A stretch of DNA of 64,000 nt, from NCBI GenBank assembly GCA_015680685.1, contig MNCI01001083.1, positions 653,158 through 717,157 on the forward strand. Reading direction: 5' to 3'. The notes under the pieces were generated by a model, which saw only the letters and a program-made list of their open reading frames with translations, had not been told where the DNA came from and searched no databases. This DNA comes from Gnetum montanum (lineage: Eukaryota; Plantae; Gnetophyta). Below are positions 60,717 through 64,000 of the stretch, piece after piece (positions within the stretch are counted from its first letter, which is position 1; each line of letters begins with the position of its first letter). A program made the position numbers and the translations under genes.

Positions 60717-62087
60717 CTGCTTTCGAAAGTCGAAACTGCTGGCGGAAATAGGAAAAATCCATAAAATGGTAAGGTCTACTGGGTGGATGCGTGTGTATTT
60801 AAATAATGTCAAGCAAAAGTAGTGCATATGTTTAGAGTTCTACGGGTAGATTTGGCAGGTATCATGCTATTTGGCTTGGCAACTGTTTAGTGTCTGCCAT
60901 AATTCTTACAGATATCAGTGCAACTCATTGGGGAAAACGTTTTTCTGTTGTTTGTTTGTTATGCATGTATAGAAAAAGATATTGAGATAAATGGACTCCA
61001 TTTATATATGTGAACAAAGATCATTCTAATATACTCCGAACCTGATTCATGGGAATCACATGGTGATTTCAGGCAGAGTCTGAAATCGATAAGTCAAAAA
61101 GGCCAGATATACATTAATTTCACTGAAAGAGCTTCTGGTCTGAGCTCTGATGGCTCGAATAGACATTGCCACTGAAAAGAAAAATGCACATAATGACCTT
61201 TTAAATTGAATTTGCACAAAAGCTTAGAAGTGGTAAACTTTGCTACCCATAAATATGGGTTGTCCACCCTAAGGCCTAAGCTAACAGAAAAGAGATTAAT
61301 TGGGTTGAATTGGGGCAACAGCATAACCACAACGGTTCACCCTGAAACTGCTCAAGGATCATGTCACACCCTAGCTTGCAATATCACTAATATGAGTATG
61401 TATGATAGGAATTCTGTCTAAGCCAATTTGTCACCTACAGTTATCTTTACACAGATAAAGTGAAGATGAAAACAAAAACTGTTAAAGAATTATGCTTTCA
61501 TCAATTTCCACATATTAAGGGAAGATGAAAACAAAACCGGTTATTACACTTCAAAACCTTCAAAGGCCATCAGAAGATTTACGAATGAAAACCCTTCTAG
61601 CAGAAAACGTGAGAATGAACTAAGCTACCAGGAAGCATAACAAACCAAAAACCCTCACAGCATGGAATTTCCTTCTGAAATGCAAAACAAACATTCCACT
61701 AGCTCCAGATGTCAAAACCAAAAACCCTAGGGTCCGTACAATTAAGACGCAAGGTGTGTAACTAAACCCTTGATCGCTGCAACAACAAATCGAGGAAAGC
61801 TTATATCAAGAATTCCACCAAGTTTCAGAAAAACAAACATTCTCAGCATTAATAAACAATTCATAAAGAATACAAAACAAAACATAAGAAGAAAATTCCA
61901 GCATGCTGCAAACAAACAGCCTCTACCAAGGCAATTAAATAAAACCAATTCAGAAACCCACCGAACGTCACTGCATGGATGTGCATGGACAGACAAAACC
62001 CAGAAAACAGTTCACGTACCATGAAAAATACCTAGCAGCAGCAGCAGCAGCAGGAGGAAAAAAATAATTCCATTTACCTAAATTTAC

Positions 62088-62866
62088 CTTAGCTCAGTCC
62101 TGAGCGCCCAGCTCCCATCAGTCTGACGTGACACAAAACGTCTGAGATCAATCCATTTGGTACCCCAGGGAGAGGCAGGCGGCGGAACCAGCTCCGGCAG
62201 CGCACGGCTCTCATTGGTAATTGGGTTATAGATATGCAGGATCCAGTGGCGACGCATATACGGTTTCATGACCTGCAAAAACAGGCCCCCATGCGAGTCG
62301 GCAATGATCACATCCCTGTGAGTGGGTGGCTTGAGCGAGCAGATGCGTCCATCGAAGGTGCTGATCAGATGCGCCAATTGAAGGTCAGGAACAAGCAGCC
62401 ACTTGACAGGAATGCCGCCGGGCTGTCTGGATTCACGAGCGATCTGCAGATCGCGCCACTTCTTGAAAACATGGTTGCTCAGAACAGGAGAAACGTTGGG
62501 GTGAAAGCACCTCATTTTGCGGTCCATGAAAGCACTCACCCGCGAACAAATTTCATGCACCACCGGATATGGCAGATCTTCCCATGCTACCCTACTGTTA
62601 CTGTTGCTGCTGCTGCTGCTGCTGCTGCTGGACTTCACAACGCCTGCTTTTTCTTTTGTTTCTGCATCCTCTTCTTTTGTTGCTTCTGTGTCGTCGGATA
62701 NAGGGGATCGCGATCTCGACCTGATCATGACCCTGTCCTCCTCGGCATTCTTCTGCTTCTGCTCCTGCTCCTGCTCCTGTTCCTGTTCCTGCTCCTGCTC
62801 CTGTTCCTGCTCCTGCTCCTGTTCCTGTTCCTGCTCCTGCTCCTGCTGCTTCCGCGTTTTCGTCAT
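62088..62866 (-). CDS. First exon of the F-box-like gene
   Basis: ATG at 62866, (QE)n N-terminus, F-box-like WEDLPYPVVHEICSRV, then ADSHGGLFL..HIYNPITNESRALP, and donor AAG|GTAAAT at 62088/62087. One ambiguous base at 62701. Confidence 0.75.
62755..62848 (-). repeat. Coding hexamer repeat (CAGGAR)n encoding about 15 QE dipeptides
   Basis: ctcctg/ttcctg tandem on the + strand. Confidence 0.9.
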
Positions 62867-64000
62867 TTTGGGATTTCGGCAATGGTCTGGCTACGGCTGT
62901 GTCTCTCTGATCTGTCCGTCTCGTCTCGTCTCGTCTGGCTGAGGGTTGACAAAGCAAAGCAATTTACATGCACGAAAAAGACGGCTTGTGGGGGCTAGCT
63001 AAGGCGATTGCTATTTATTTAGTATTTATAATCGCTGATGCTAAGTTATGGCCTATGTCGTGACTGGGGTTGGAATGGCGTTACGGGTACTACACACCCC
63101 TCTGCACACTCGGATTCTACAAAGTCGCGTGTTTTCCTTGACGGTGGGTTTCGTGGTCGTCGGTCTCTATTTATTAATTAATCTTTAATTATAAAGGCAG
63201 CTTAACTGCTTCTTTTTTATTTAACACGTGTTTAATGATCCGGGTAGTAAAGACATGAAGGCCGAGATGTATTTCTAGATGTGGTCTTCCTCATAAGATC
63301 ATAGGACTTGAATTTTGGCGAAGATGTGCTACCAAATAAGTTAATAGTGTACACAACTATTTAGTTAAGAGTTTCCACATGGGGCATTAATTATTTCTCT
63401 TTTTATATTAATTATTTTTTTATAGGTCTTTAATATTTCTTTTTATGGTGGTCCACATATATATATATATATAGATCAAAGGATCATCACTTAGAGCCAT
63501 AATGCTCATCTCACCAAGCAAGGTTTGGGAGGGTTAGTGGATGAGTGAAAGCCTAACTTCTTTGAGTAGTTGCACTCAAGCTCAAACCTAGGTCTTTGAG
63601 GGGTATTAGACATCAAAATATAAATATATTAAAAATAAAAATTCAAAGTACAAAAAGTATAGAAGCAAAGGAGAACCTCCAAAATGACAAACAAGAAAGG
63701 CCCAATTGTTTTGGGGACAGCTTTTTAGGTTTCCATCCTTATAACCAATCCTAAAAAACTTGGTCTCTCGTAGGAAAAGTATTAAACCTTGACCTCATTT
63801 AGAAGCATCCAAATGGGTTTTCACTTCCTACTAAAGGCTTCCTATTAATAAAAAAGAATCATGGAGAGAACCATTTAGGAATTTAGCTAATGCTTTAATT
63901 GTTGAATAATGTTATCTTGAACTAACATTGGAAGAAAATTAGTTGGGGAATCTTTATGAAAAAGCACATTACATTGAGACATCTATATAGCATAAAGAAT

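Noticed and set aside
62234-62998. Overlapping ORFs (poly-Leu, CS-repeat, AG-repeat) and 60332-60685
   Set aside because: These are alternative-frame or antisense shadows of the F-box exons and their microsatellites.
63480-64000. Start of another transposable element at the window end
   Set aside because: It is CpG-depleted and repeat-like, but has no diagnostic terminus or coding motif within the window.

Overview
AT-rich, repeat-dense land-plant nuclear DNA, about 59 kb of nested, heavily deaminated (C>T/G>A) retroelements followed by one probable host gene (F-box-like, minus strand, 59.8-62.9 kb). Termini, PBS, PPT and target-site duplications (TSDs) give this nest: a Tekay/Del-like gag-only element (~11235-47912, -) holds (i) a pol-less cargo LTR element (11514-25306, +), itself hit by an Athila-like deletion derivative (12143-19114, TSD ATTAA) and an Athila-like solo LTR (22537-23575, TSD GATAT); (ii) a formerly complete Athila-like element (28604-38529, -); and (iii) a gag-only Athila-like element (40359-47705, +, TSD TCATA). 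Copia/SIRE, RTE-LINE and L1-like relics flank the nest. Two observations stand out. First, the cargo element carries an intronless, divergent CCR4-family nuclease ORF, a 5S-rRNA-derived Pol III internal promoter and an Hsp70 fragment instead of gag-pol. Second, the Athila-like LTRs contain a structured-RNA module with invariant internal loops and covarying helices, present in four tandem copies in the young solo LTR and recognisable in diverged LTRs. All calls come from manual reading and translation; no database searches were run, and the boundaries of degraded elements are approximate.
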